A DNA stretch of 60,967 nt, taken from a virus (taxonomy: Duplodnaviria > Caudoviricetes). Made by a program: the position numbers and the translations under genes. The notes under the pieces are model-generated. The model saw only the letters and a program-made list of their open reading frames with translations, made no database searches and was not told the origin of the DNA. The stretch covers positions 1 through 60,967 of IMG/VR virus record IMGVR_UViG_3300046820_000595; one strand, 5' to 3'. Positions 30,800 through 39,314 of this stretch are shown here, one piece after another (positions within the stretch are counted from its first letter, which is position 1; each line of letters starts with the position of its first letter).

Positions 30800-31018
30800 T
30801 TATGTCGACTTAGCTATTGTAAGCGCAACCAATAAAGCATCTACGTCTTCCCATCTCATGCAACCAGCAAGCTTTATATTTGTTTTTTCTTTTCCCATAA
30901 CTATAAATGAGCATCCTTCTAAATTAGACCAGTCATTTACAACTACTTCAATGTTATCATTTTTGACAATGACTTCGCTGACTTTGTTTGTCATTGTTTT
31001 TAGTTCTAAATCTTGCAT
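30800..31018 (-). CDS. Hypothetical protein
   Basis: AACAAACAAAACAAC leader before ATG, like other minus-strand genes. Confidence 0.65.
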   Translation of the reverse strand: MQDLELKTMTNKVSEVIVKNDNIEVVVNDWSNLEGCSFIVMGKEKTNIKLAGCMRWEDVDALLVALTIAKST

Positions 31019-31039
31019 GTTGTTTTGTTTGTTGAAATT

Positions 31040-31600
31040 TGGTGGCCTGTGCGCATCGGCATTGTGAGCTTGACTTATCCTTGGTTGGTTACGACCAACA
31101 CTCAGAGGGATTTAGTTGCAGGCTTTCATCCGCAGACCGTTTTATTCTCTGTCTTTCCAGAGTGTCAAACATGCGTATTTATTAACCTTCTCCAGCATGT
31201 TAGAGTATGAAAAGTTTTGTGGCTAGATGGCACAACCTTGGATCGAATCTGCCATTTTCATAGTTAATCCATCACTATTGAAACCACATTCCAACCCCCG
31301 ATCAGGTCGCTCATTCAGATGTCGTGTTTCATGCCTGAAACCGTATGCTCTATTGAATGCCCTCATTTCGGAGGCTGGGATGTGGTCTCTGTCTTTCCAG
31401 AGTGTCCCGATTTTATACAAGCTATTGGAGAATTGGTTTCTCCGCATTTTCCAAAACTTGCTTTGGGGCCGTGCCTTCCGTCTCGTTGCGGCCATGCGCT
31501 TCTACTTTCGTAGGGACGACGCAGAAATCTTTGGTAAGCGTTTTTTAGGATGCGCTTCCCCCTTTTGCCCCTGCTCGTTGAGTCCTCCCAATCCGCGAGG
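31040..31600 (-). ncRNA. Candidate cluster of structured RNAs
   Basis: GC-richer 560-bp gap with many hairpins, a 19-bp stem, a 21-nt direct repeat (31146-31166, 31386-31406) and an ACCA-terminated stem. Confidence 0.55.
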
Positions 31601-31605
31601 AAATC

Positions 31606-31619
31606 TTTAGTCAACTAAA
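31606..31619. promoter_or_regulatory. Dispersed palindromic box TTTAGTCAACTAAA
   Basis: Abuts the primase-helicase stop codon. Confidence 0.7.
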
Positions 31620-33446
31620 TTACGCCCATGGAGCTTTGGAATACATAGGGCGAACAACCCCAGGATTAGCAAGGAAGCGCTTTGTTTCTTTGTCAAACCA
31701 CGTGTTGGTCATCGGTATCTCGCCAGTAGCTCGCTGCTTGCGACAAATCAATTTGCCACATGGAGTTGATTCCCAAAACTCTTGAATTGCTGTTTCTGGA
31801 TAGTCATTGGCTTTCATCTCGGCCATGCGTTCATGTTTGGATACATCACGCCAAACAGTAATAATGTTGTCAGGCATATTACCCCACTCGCTAGCGCCTT
31901 GAATCTCGGCAATTGCGGGTGGACTACTAATGCCTTCTCCACTCTTGCGTGGGTGAGCAACAACATGAACATGCACGGGATAGTTGGAGGCAAAGACACG
32001 AATAGCATCAATAGCTTCAGCTTGGGCTGTATTGTCGCCGCGATCAACATCCATAGTCATAACATTGTCGATGACAAAGTTGGTAACTCCATAGCGTTTG
32101 TGCGCATGGATGAACATATTGATGAGCTTTAATGGGTTGGCTTTTTCCCTGCTCTTGTAGATGAATACGTTTTCACTGAGATACTTGTATGCCACCTCGA
32201 AATCAAGGGAGTTAACAATGTCTCTATTGCCAGTCATGTTCATCAGGATTGAACCAAATGTCCGTTCTGGCGGCTGCTCAAACGAAGCAACTACACTCAT
32301 CACCCCACGCGCAGCTAAATTCGCTACTTGGTTTTGAACTGCTTGTGATTTGCCTTGGCTGGTGTAACCAAACCAAAGGGTAATCTCATGCTTGCGGAAT
32401 GTGAGGTCAAAGCCAGGAATAAAGAATGGGTCACCATCGAGAAGGTAGTCACCGCGCATGAAGTCCATAACGCCGTGCTTCATCTCTACAGCATCAACAA
32501 TCTCGTCAAGCTGACCCTTAGCAGTGGATTCAATCAAGTTGGCAATCTCATTGCCACGATTGGCCTTAAGCATGTCATTGGCATCTTTAAGGGGGAGATT
32601 GACAATGATGCAACGATCAACGCCAAGTCGAGCAGCTACATCAGCAGCGCATTTACGACCAGCATTGTCGTTATCCATGATAAGAACAATAGTGTCAAAG
32701 TAAGAAAGATACTCGTAATCCTCCTTGATCCAGTTCATGTTTGACACTCCAGAGGGAATTGAAACGGCTGGCAATCCAATTTCATACATTGCCATAGCGT
32801 CCCATTGACCTTCAACAATGATCAAACGATCTGAATTTGAGGATGGATCACAAACATCTTTACCAAACAAGTTGTGGATTGGGTTAACGCTGCTCCACAT
32901 AACCTTCTCATTGTTTGGCATCCAATGTTTAGTAAGGCTAAGTTTAGAGTCGCAGTCATAGTGGGGGAAGATTAGCTCGCCTTTAGCGCCAGATTTGACG
33001 TTGTAGGCTTCTAATGTCTTTTGACTAATCTTGCGCGATGCAGCGTAATCAATGCAATCCTTCGTCAATGGCATTAGCGAATTGGCCAACTCATCATAGT
33101 TGGTTGACTTGCTAGAGCCAGAGAAGTTTTGAATTGGGGATACATTAAGGAAATTACCTAACCATGCAATGCTAGCAGGAATAGACATGCCTTTAACCAT
33201 GGATACCAGCTTCCAAGGACTACCCTTGATTGATGGATTAGCATGGTCATAGAACTGCCCAATGTTGTATGCTTTGGTTGAGATACTGAGGCTTTCACCA
33301 GGATTGCCATCAATATCGCCAATGCGATAGCAACCAGTTTGCTTTTTAGCATTTGGGAATAGCGTAAGAACAAACTCATCAATGCGAAATTCTAGCTTCG
33401 CTTTGATTTCCTGTAGATCGTAAATGGTTTTGGTTTCTTTAATCAT
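31620..33446 (-). CDS. DNA primase-helicase (T7 gp4/Twinkle-like)
   Basis: TOPRIM IVEGQWD and MDNDNAG; SF4 helicase Walker A GYTSQGKS, FVIDN, VAHPRK, KQR. Confidence 0.93.
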   Translation of the reverse strand: MIKETKTIYDLQEIKAKLEFRIDEFVLTLFPNAKKQTGCYRIGDIDGNPGESLSISTKAYNIGQFYDHANPSIKGSPWKLVSMVKGMSIPASIAWLGNFLNVSPIQNFSGSSKSTNYDELANSLMPLTKDCIDYAASRKISQKTLEAYNVKSGAKGELIFPHYDCDSKLSLTKHWMPNNEKVMWSSVNPIHNLFGKDVCDPSSNSDRLIIVEGQWDAMAMYEIGLPAVSIPSGVSNMNWIKEDYEYLSYFDTIVLIMDNDNAGRKCAADVAARLGVDRCIIVNLPLKDANDMLKANRGNEIANLIESTAKGQLDEIVDAVEMKHGVMDFMRGDYLLDGDPFFIPGFDLTFRKHEITLWFGYTSQGKSQAVQNQVANLAARGVMSVVASFEQPPERTFGSILMNMTGNRDIVNSLDFEVAYKYLSENVFIYKSREKANPLKLINMFIHAHKRYGVTNFVIDNVMTMDVDRGDNTAQAEAIDAIRVFASNYPVHVHVVAHPRKSGEGISSPPAIAEIQGASEWGNMPDNIITVWRDVSKHERMAEMKANDYPETAIQEFWESTPCGKLICRKQRATGEIPMTNTWFDKETKRFLANPGVVRPMYSKAPWA

Positions 33447-33847
33447 TGGTTAATTGTTTTTTTATTAAATTCAGCAATAGCTTCTGTAACTGAAACTAAT
33501 CCGATAATATCTGAAATTGTTCCTACAAGACTTGTGACCAAGTTAACGTGCATAGCATCTGCTAATGGAATCAATGAGATGAAACGTTTAATTTCTTTCT
33601 CGATGATTTCATAGCCGCGATTATCGCTAGCGGTGTCAATTTTTTTGAGTTCTTCGCTCATTTCTCCACTACTCCTAATATCCTCAGTGAGTGCTCCTTG
33701 AATATACGAAGTTAGCTCAATAAAATTGAAGACGATATCTTTTAAGTGCTGATCTTCATCACTCCATTCTCTGTCTTCACTGTGTTCTCGTTCAGGTTTA
33801 TCACTAGGTCGCCCTGTGGTTCCATCAATGCTTTGGTTCTCTTCCAT
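33443..33847 (-). CDS. Hypothetical protein (start uncertain)
   Basis: Fills the gap and is ATGA-coupled to the primase-helicase; called start overlaps the upstream gene by ~100 nt. Confidence 0.5.
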   Translation of the reverse strand: MEENQSIDGTTGRPSDKPEREHSEDREWSDEDQHLKDIVFNFIELTSYIQGALTEDIRSSGEMSEELKKIDTASDNRGYEIIEKEIKRFISLIPLADAMHVNLVTSLVGTISDIIGLVSVTEAIAEFNKKTINQ

Positions 33848-34716
33848 AAGTTGCTTTCTTTGTCGTAAATGACGTAATCCACAGTAGCGTCTTTGCAGGC
33901 TGCAATTAGGTCTTTGATTTGTGATTTGTCAGTCAATCCAATAATAACTGAATTGCCTAGTCGTTTAATAATGCTAGCCATGCTGCGCACATCTTTAGCG
34001 GAAAGATCAAGCTCAACTGCTTTAGAAAGCAATAGGTCTTTGTCTTCTTTTTCAATCTTGGCGTAATATGCTTCTTTGTGGTGACTGAAGGACAATGGAT
34101 ATTTACGTCCATTATATTCCTTAAACACCCCAACGGCAGTAACGATTGTGTTGTATGCTTTGTCTGAAATCTCAGAAACTTGGCTTACGTCAAACTCATT
34201 GCCAAAGTAGCCTTCGAGTTCTGCTGTAATGCTGCCAAGTAGCCATGTTGAGTAGTCGTCAATTTTGTTTGTGGTTTCACGCGCAACAAAGATGCGATCA
34301 ATGACTTTGTATGCTTGTTCAAGAGTTGGTGGATTGTCAGCACGTAGAGTTGCTTGGCCACCTTCCCTGATAACAAAGTGCTCTGAAATAGGATTGGTGA
34401 CAATCTGAATCATCGCTGCAACATCGTCAGCTTTGTCTTCTGCTTGACCTTCTACAACTTCTTGATATGTAATTACTTCCATGGGCGCGAAGTCGTCACA
34501 TGCTTCTTGTGGCGCTTCTCTCGACAAGCAGACAATGAACTCATCTACTTTCTTCTTGAGAACGCCAGTGTAAGCATCGCTTTTGATACTTTTTCCAGCT
34601 CGATAATTAGCAATCAGTTCTGAAATAATGTCAAAAGGAATCGAATACTCCTCGCTAAGGAATGGGATTTCTTCGTCATTTACAATGACTCCATCTAGAT
34701 AAATGTCTTCACTCAT
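33742..34716 (-). CDS. Putative DNA-binding protein, LmbU-like HTH region
   Basis: WLLG...AYNTI..AVGVF...LSFSHHKEA...LLSKA...LSAKDVR resembles the LmbU-family pattern. Confidence 0.55.
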   Translation of the reverse strand: MSEDIYLDGVIVNDEEIPFLSEEYSIPFDIISELIANYRAGKSIKSDAYTGVLKKKVDEFIVCLSREAPQEACDDFAPMEVITYQEVVEGQAEDKADDVAAMIQIVTNPISEHFVIREGGQATLRADNPPTLEQAYKVIDRIFVARETTNKIDDYSTWLLGSITAELEGYFGNEFDVSQVSEISDKAYNTIVTAVGVFKEYNGRKYPLSFSHHKEAYYAKIEKEDKDLLLSKAVELDLSAKDVRSMASIIKRLGNSVIIGLTDKSQIKDLIAACKDATVDYVIYDKESNLWKRTKALMEPQGDLVINLNENTVKTENGVMKIST

Positions 34717-34719
34717 GTT

Positions 34720-35070
34720 TTACTTTTTATTTTTTGTTGTTTTTTTGGGCGTAGAAACCAAGTAGTCTAATACATCGCGCCAAAGTTGCGGAGATAATGA
34801 TTTCTTTGATTCATCTTTATTGAATTTGTGAACAATAAAAGTCTTCAAGCAGATGACTTCAAACTTTACGCTTTTACGTTTCAGGTAATTTGCAAAGCTC
34901 AATGCAGATTTCTCTGAATTGAAATATCGCTTCATCTTTTTGCTGAACTCATTAGACAGAATCATATATTTGTATTTGCTGGGAACAGGAATCGTTCGAT
35001 TCTTAAACCAAAAACAAAATGGCTTCAGCCAAAATGGAGCAGTTAATTTAGTTGGTAGTTTGATTTTCAT
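34720..35070 (-). CDS. Hypothetical basic protein
   Basis: ORF tiled in the operon. Confidence 0.55.
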   Translation of the reverse strand: MKIKLPTKLTAPFWLKPFCFWFKNRTIPVPSKYKYMILSNEFSKKMKRYFNSEKSALSFANYLKRKSVKFEVICLKTFIVHKFNKDESKKSLSPQLWRDVLDYLVSTPKKTTKNKK

Positions 35071-35378
35071 AATTTATGGCTTTCGATTACAACGCCATTG
35101 AACTCAATGAGATGACATTCACTGGACCTATTGATTAGTAGCAAGCATTTCTCTCTGCTTTCAGAGACTCTGATTAGCTCTCCATCTAAGATAACACCCC
35201 ATAAAACCCTGGTCGATTCTGGAATTGAATTGTATTCCCAACGATCAAAGTCCCATGATGGGCAAACCGTTACTTTCCAAGGGTCATTGCTTCCTGCTTT
35301 TCTGTAGTAAACAGGACTACCTTCAGCGTGTGCTTTAATTGCACGAATTGTTTGTTCTTTATTGATTTCCACTTTCAT
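35067..35378 (-). CDS. Hypothetical phage protein
   Basis: ORF tiled in the operon; PSWDFD..EY pattern. Confidence 0.65.
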   Translation of the reverse strand: MKVEINKEQTIRAIKAHAEGSPVYYRKAGSNDPWKVTVCPSWDFDRWEYNSIPESTRVLWGVILDGELIRVSESREKCLLLINRSSECHLIEFNGVVIESHKL

Positions 35379-35382
35379 GATT

Positions 35383-35396
35383 TTTAGTTGGCTAAA
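35383..35396. promoter_or_regulatory. Dispersed palindromic box TTTAGTTGGCTAAA
   Basis: Encodes the final L-A-N-stop of the DUF932 gene. Confidence 0.7.
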
Positions 35397-36382
35397 GCCA
35401 TTTCTGAGTTAAGGAGTTTTTCACCGCGACGCACATTTGCATCCCAGTCGATTTCAAATCGCGTAGCTGCAAGCGTTTTTGTTGATGCTGACGCACCCCA
35501 GTTACTTGTGTAAGATTGAGCATCAGGATCTTTGCGATTAGAGGACTCATGAGTTTCAAACTCTGTCAATGCTTGGAATGCGTCAAGTCGTGTCCGACCT
35601 TCGTTACCCTTACCTCGCTCAAACAACTCACCAATGCGAGCTACTTTCTGAATTAAACCATTTGTTGCGTGTTGCATATTACGTCCCTGAATGCCAGCTG
35701 CCCAAGCACGGGCTTCATCTCGACTGCAAGAGGCTTCATGCGCGCGCTGCAACAAGGACTTGTAGAGATTAGACGTTCCTGCAAATTGGTCAATAGCATT
35801 GATCAATCTTTGCACATTTACTTCAAGCATCGCCGTGTGCTTTGCTTTGCCAATCTCTTCGCCGCTTTGCATGGATGCCATGAATGTATTATGACAAACT
35901 GTGCAGAAGCTCAAATATTTGGCCGTCATCGCCGTGGATTTGTCGAACGAGTCAAGAACAGTGATAAAGTCCTTAAATTCGCGTCCAGCAACCTCAAAGC
36001 CTTCCGATACCTTAAGTGAGCAGAAAAGCTTCTGGCGGTTATCTACAGTGCCAGCAGAGATAATCTGGTAAGGAGTCTCGCCCATGCCTTTACGAATAAC
36101 TTCCCAAAACATTTCCACTGATGATGGATGATAAGAGGGAGCGTAAGGTTGACCAACTGGAAGCCAGTCGTCAGTTGCGAGCAAGATTTTGGAATCTGGA
36201 TTCTCTACATAAATATCAGGCAGTCCTTCAACTTGTGATGGTCTATTGAAGAAAATAGAGGATTCTTGAACCTCAAAGGGCATTGAGTTTTCGCGTGTCA
36301 CTTCATCAACAATAGTTGTGAGTCCGTGCCATGCTTGGCCAATCCCTGCTTGGATGTCTCGTTTTTCGATTTTGTGTGCCAT
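35384..36382 (-). CDS. DUF932 / phage-plasmid LGT family protein
   Basis: AWHGL, SAG, DSFD, VCHNT, KHT, AFQALTEF..H motifs. Confidence 0.8.
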   Translation of the reverse strand: MAHKIEKRDIQAGIGQAWHGLTTIVDEVTRENSMPFEVQESSIFFNRPSQVEGLPDIYVENPDSKILLATDDWLPVGQPYAPSYHPSSVEMFWEVIRKGMGETPYQIISAGTVDNRQKLFCSLKVSEGFEVAGREFKDFITVLDSFDKSTAMTAKYLSFCTVCHNTFMASMQSGEEIGKAKHTAMLEVNVQRLINAIDQFAGTSNLYKSLLQRAHEASCSRDEARAWAAGIQGRNMQHATNGLIQKVARIGELFERGKGNEGRTRLDAFQALTEFETHESSNRKDPDAQSYTSNWGASASTKTLAATRFEIDWDANVRRGEKLLNSEMALAN

Positions 36383-36422
36383 TTTGTTTGTTTTTTCTGT
36401 TGTTTTTGGTTATTGTTTGCTC

Positions 36423-36956
36423 ATGAGAGCATCTGGTATTTCAGTTAATCCACCTGTAAAGGTGATGTGGGAGGGGAGAATTGTTCCTGTAAGTGATCCT
36501 AGACTGTCAATTAGGCATTTGGATATTCCATTTGAAAAGCGTGATGCTTTTTACAAAGCGGTTTACGATGTTGCTCCTTACCTAGTTACTGATGTCGAGG
36601 CAATTACGCCTAAACGTGTTCATTTTGGTGAAGTTCAACAATACCTCAAGGCACTAAAGTCGCGTTGGGTGGACTCAAGGATTCCTTTAGCCGACGAAAA
36701 GACGGCTGTTAAAAGAGCCAAGATTTGCGCTGAGTGTCCTGAGAAGGTCAAGATTTCTGGTTGCTTTGGTTGTAGTGGTGTATCCAAACTTCTTTTGCAT
36801 ATTCCAAGAGACTTTTTTGCACATAACATAGGATGCGGCAAATGCTCTTGTTACCTGAATAACAAAGTGTGGATGTCTGAAGAAGTGCTTAATGTTGACA
36901 ATAGGGATATTGAATACCCTAGTCATTGCTGGATGAATGAGGCAAAATATCCATAA
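36423..36956 (+). CDS. Cys-rich putative Zn-binding protein, oriented opposite to its neighbours
   Basis: RAKICAECP...CFGC...CGKCSC.L..KV...HCW; ATG 36423 is 6 nt after TATTGT. Confidence 0.7.
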   Translation: MRASGISVNPPVKVMWEGRIVPVSDPRLSIRHLDIPFEKRDAFYKAVYDVAPYLVTDVEAITPKRVHFGEVQQYLKALKSRWVDSRIPLADEKTAVKRAKICAECPEKVKISGCFGCSGVSKLLLHIPRDFFAHNIGCGKCSCYLNNKVWMSEEVLNVDNRDIEYPSHCWMNEAKYP

Positions 36957-37209
36957 ACTTATTCATTGCATCAACAGAATTTGAAAACGTCCATCCTTTG
37001 CTACCCCATTCTTCATTGCTAGGAGGAAACTCTGCTGGTGGAAAATAATTTCCTGCAATTTCTCTTCCATTATGTGACTTAATAATAATAACTTCCCAAG
37101 TTTTTATTGTTCCAACTTTTGGAGAACCACAGAAAACGCCAACATTACCTTTTCTTGTTAAGAGTTCAAAGTCATATCCATTTTTAGTGTAGCTAGTTAA
37201 TTGCTTCAT
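36919..37209 (-). CDS. Hypothetical phage protein
   Basis: EVI...EFPPSNEEWG..GWT pattern. Confidence 0.7.
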   Translation of the reverse strand: MKQLTSYTKNGYDFELLTRKGNVGVFCGSPKVGTIKTWEVIIIKSHNGREIAGNYFPPAEFPPSNEEWGSKGWTFSNSVDAMNKFMDILPHSSSND

Positions 37210-37597
37210 TGTTTTGTTTTTGTTCTTTAGTTACTTTGGCATGGCAGTTGACGCATAAGACCCTAAATCCATCGACTTCACAGAATAGCCTTTGAGCAAA
37301 TCCTGGTAGGTCATTAAAGTCATTAAGAGAACCAGCAGGGATAATGTGATCGGCATTAACTTCTTTTCTTGGGAATTCGCCGTAGCACATAGAGCATTGA
37401 TAGTGCATGGCTATTCGGCCAGTTTTCTTGTTAACAATCTTTGCCGTCTCCGCTTCTTTCAAGCATTGATATTTAGGTTTCCACCTAGACGATGCTTGCC
37501 TTAATGCGCTTCTAATGAATTGAAAGAATCTAGCTTTTGTCCATTCTCCATTGCAATAAGGCTTTTCAATGTCGCGTCGTTTCTTGATCTTTTTCAT
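37193..37597 (-). CDS. HNH endonuclease (possible resolvase-type)
   Basis: RSALR...YQCSMC...ADHIIP...VLCVNCH. Confidence 0.85.
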   Translation of the reverse strand: MKKIKKRRDIEKPYCNGEWTKARFFQFIRSALRQASSRWKPKYQCLKEAETAKIVNKKTGRIAMHYQCSMCYGEFPRKEVNADHIIPAGSLNDFNDLPGFAQRLFCEVDGFRVLCVNCHAKVTKEQKQNNEAIN

Positions 37598-37799
37598 GGC
37601 AGATTTCACAAGAAAACTTCATTGTTTGCAATTTGTCACGCATTTTCTCGCTTACTCCCGCTTCTGGAAAACGAATGAATGACATGTGATGCCAAGAGTA
37701 ATAGCGCTCAATATCATTGTTGACTTCTTTTGCAGTGATTGAGCTTCCGCAAAATGCGCATTTCAACGCAACTTCTTCTAATGGGATTGTTTCAGGCAT
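37566..37799 (-). CDS. Small Zn-finger protein
   Basis: CAFC and CEIC pairs. Confidence 0.6.
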   Translation of the reverse strand: MPETIPLEEVALKCAFCGSSITAKEVNNDIERYYSWHHMSFIRFPEAGVSEKMRDKLQTMKFSCEICHEKDQETTRH

Positions 37800-37883
37800 A
37801 AAAAAAGCAGGCTTTAATCGGTCTGCCAGCGATTGTTACTGATTTAATGCAAATTTTCTCCAAGTTGGAATAACGACATTCTC

Positions 37884-38435
37884 TCAGAATCCAGCTTCAG
37901 AATCTACTTGTTCTGGTTCTTTGAGTTGTTTTTCACCAAACCACCATAAAGCCGCAATCTGAGGGGCGTTCTCAGTGATCTTATTGACGATTTGATTGTC
38001 AATTTCCATGTGGATAAGAGCTTGTTGAAGTTCATAGGTGAATAAGGCAATTTGGCGAGCCATGACATCAAGGCTAATCTTGCCGCTGCCACCGCCATTT
38101 GATGGAGCAGAATTGCCTGTAGGAGCGCTTTGAGCAGAATCACCGCCTTCGATGGTCACATTCTCAGCAGTAATGCTTGTAACGCCATTGTAGTCGTTTC
38201 TTTTGATAGCGCCAACGAAGGTGACTGTATCGCCTTGATTGATGTTGAGATTGGCTGCTGCACCCCATAGGCTCATCTTGGATTTACCAGAGCTGTCAGA
38301 TACGGTGATGTTCCGCATAGACTTGCCAGTTTTGGTAACAGACGCAGGAAATACGCTGTCAACTTTAACTGGACCGAGGGACAAGGCAGAGCCTTTTGGT
38401 GACAAGTTTAATACTTGATGGATTGATGTAGACAT
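37884..38435 (-). CDS. OB-fold single-stranded DNA-binding protein
   Basis: RNITVSDSSG...MSLWG...GD.V OB-fold pattern, Gly/Ser linker, acidic tail ending in F. Confidence 0.75.
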   Translation of the reverse strand: MSTSIHQVLNLSPKGSALSLGPVKVDSVFPASVTKTGKSMRNITVSDSSGKSKMSLWGAAANLNINQGDTVTFVGAIKRNDYNGVTSITAENVTIEGGDSAQSAPTGNSAPSNGGGSGKISLDVMARQIALFTYELQQALIHMEIDNQIVNKITENAPQIAALWWFGEKQLKEPEQVDSEAGF

Positions 38436-38480
38436 AATTGTTGTGGTGTTATTGTATCTTTTTCTTTGTTTTTGTCTAGT

Positions 38481-39314
38481 TTATTGTTCTGCTTGGTATT
38501 GGGGGCATACATGGGCAAATCCGCAAAACGATTGGCAAAAAGTCTTTTCCCCTGGGCGTTTCTCAATGATTTCCCCAGGTTTTTGATCTTCTGCTGCTTC
38601 AGCGTGTGAGTCATAAACTCTACGAGCGCGTTTCGCATCTGGTTTCTTTACAGCATAAGTATCAGGCTTAGCCCATTGTTCATCCAATGTGCATTTCCTT
38701 GGCTCCCCAAGCGAAGCTTTATGATGTTCTTCGGCCGAGGCAAGTAATGTCTTTTCTGCAAACCCATGGTCATAAGGATGGATAAATATCCGAATTGGAG
38801 TTTTGGGATATGTCGGGTCTACTTTAGACTGCATGTATTTCCAGTCACGCTGGAAGTAAACAACGCCAACATATTCGCATTCAATCCCGTTCTTGATGGC
38901 TAGATTGGCATTTAGCTGCACCTGCTTGTAGTGTTCTGGCTTTATTACCTCCTGAACTCCGCCAGTCACTTTGTAATCATAAAGGCATCTGTTCTCCCAG
39001 TAGTCCATTTGACCAGACACAACAACCTCATCGCCAAGAACTTCAATCGTTGAGAAGTTGCGAATCTCAGCCAGTTCGTTTTCTTCTGGTCGGCAATACT
39101 TTTCTAGAATAGCATGAACGGCCGTGCCTAGAAGCGCCATGAATGAAGCATACTCATCCTTTACTGCTGGATGATTCTTTGCCAAGAATGTGCGCTGTGG
39201 AGGGCTGACAAGCTGTGTAACGCTGTAGTCTGATTTGCCCTTGGTGTATTCATTTGCTTTTAATGCCCGTGCAAATGGTGATGGCATTGATTGAATTTGT
39301 TTTTCTTCATTCAT
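38481..39314 (-). CDS. PD-(D/E)XK (Cas4/RecB-like) exonuclease
   Basis: GTAVHAILE, SGQMD, DYKVT, QLNAN, C-terminal CQSFC...CPQY. Confidence 0.85.
   Translation of the reverse strand: MNEEKQIQSMPSPFARALKANEYTKGKSDYSVTQLVSPPQRTFLAKNHPAVKDEYASFMALLGTAVHAILEKYCRPEENELAEIRNFSTIEVLGDEVVVSGQMDYWENRCLYDYKVTGGVQEVIKPEHYKQVQLNANLAIKNGIECEYVGVVYFQRDWKYMQSKVDPTYPKTPIRIFIHPYDHGFAEKTLLASAEEHHKASLGEPRKCTLDEQWAKPDTYAVKKPDAKRARRVYDSHAEAAEDQKPGEIIEKRPGEKTFCQSFCGFAHVCPQYQAEQ

Noticed and set aside
31146-31406. CRISPR mini-array
   Set aside because: Only two 21-nt copies about 220 nt apart; no cas genes (the Cas4-like nuclease sits in a normal SSB/recombination context).
31013-31614. Overlapping short ORFs on both strands (63-127 aa)
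   Set aside because: Mutually overlapping, atypical composition, no A-rich leaders; better explained as structured non-coding sequence.
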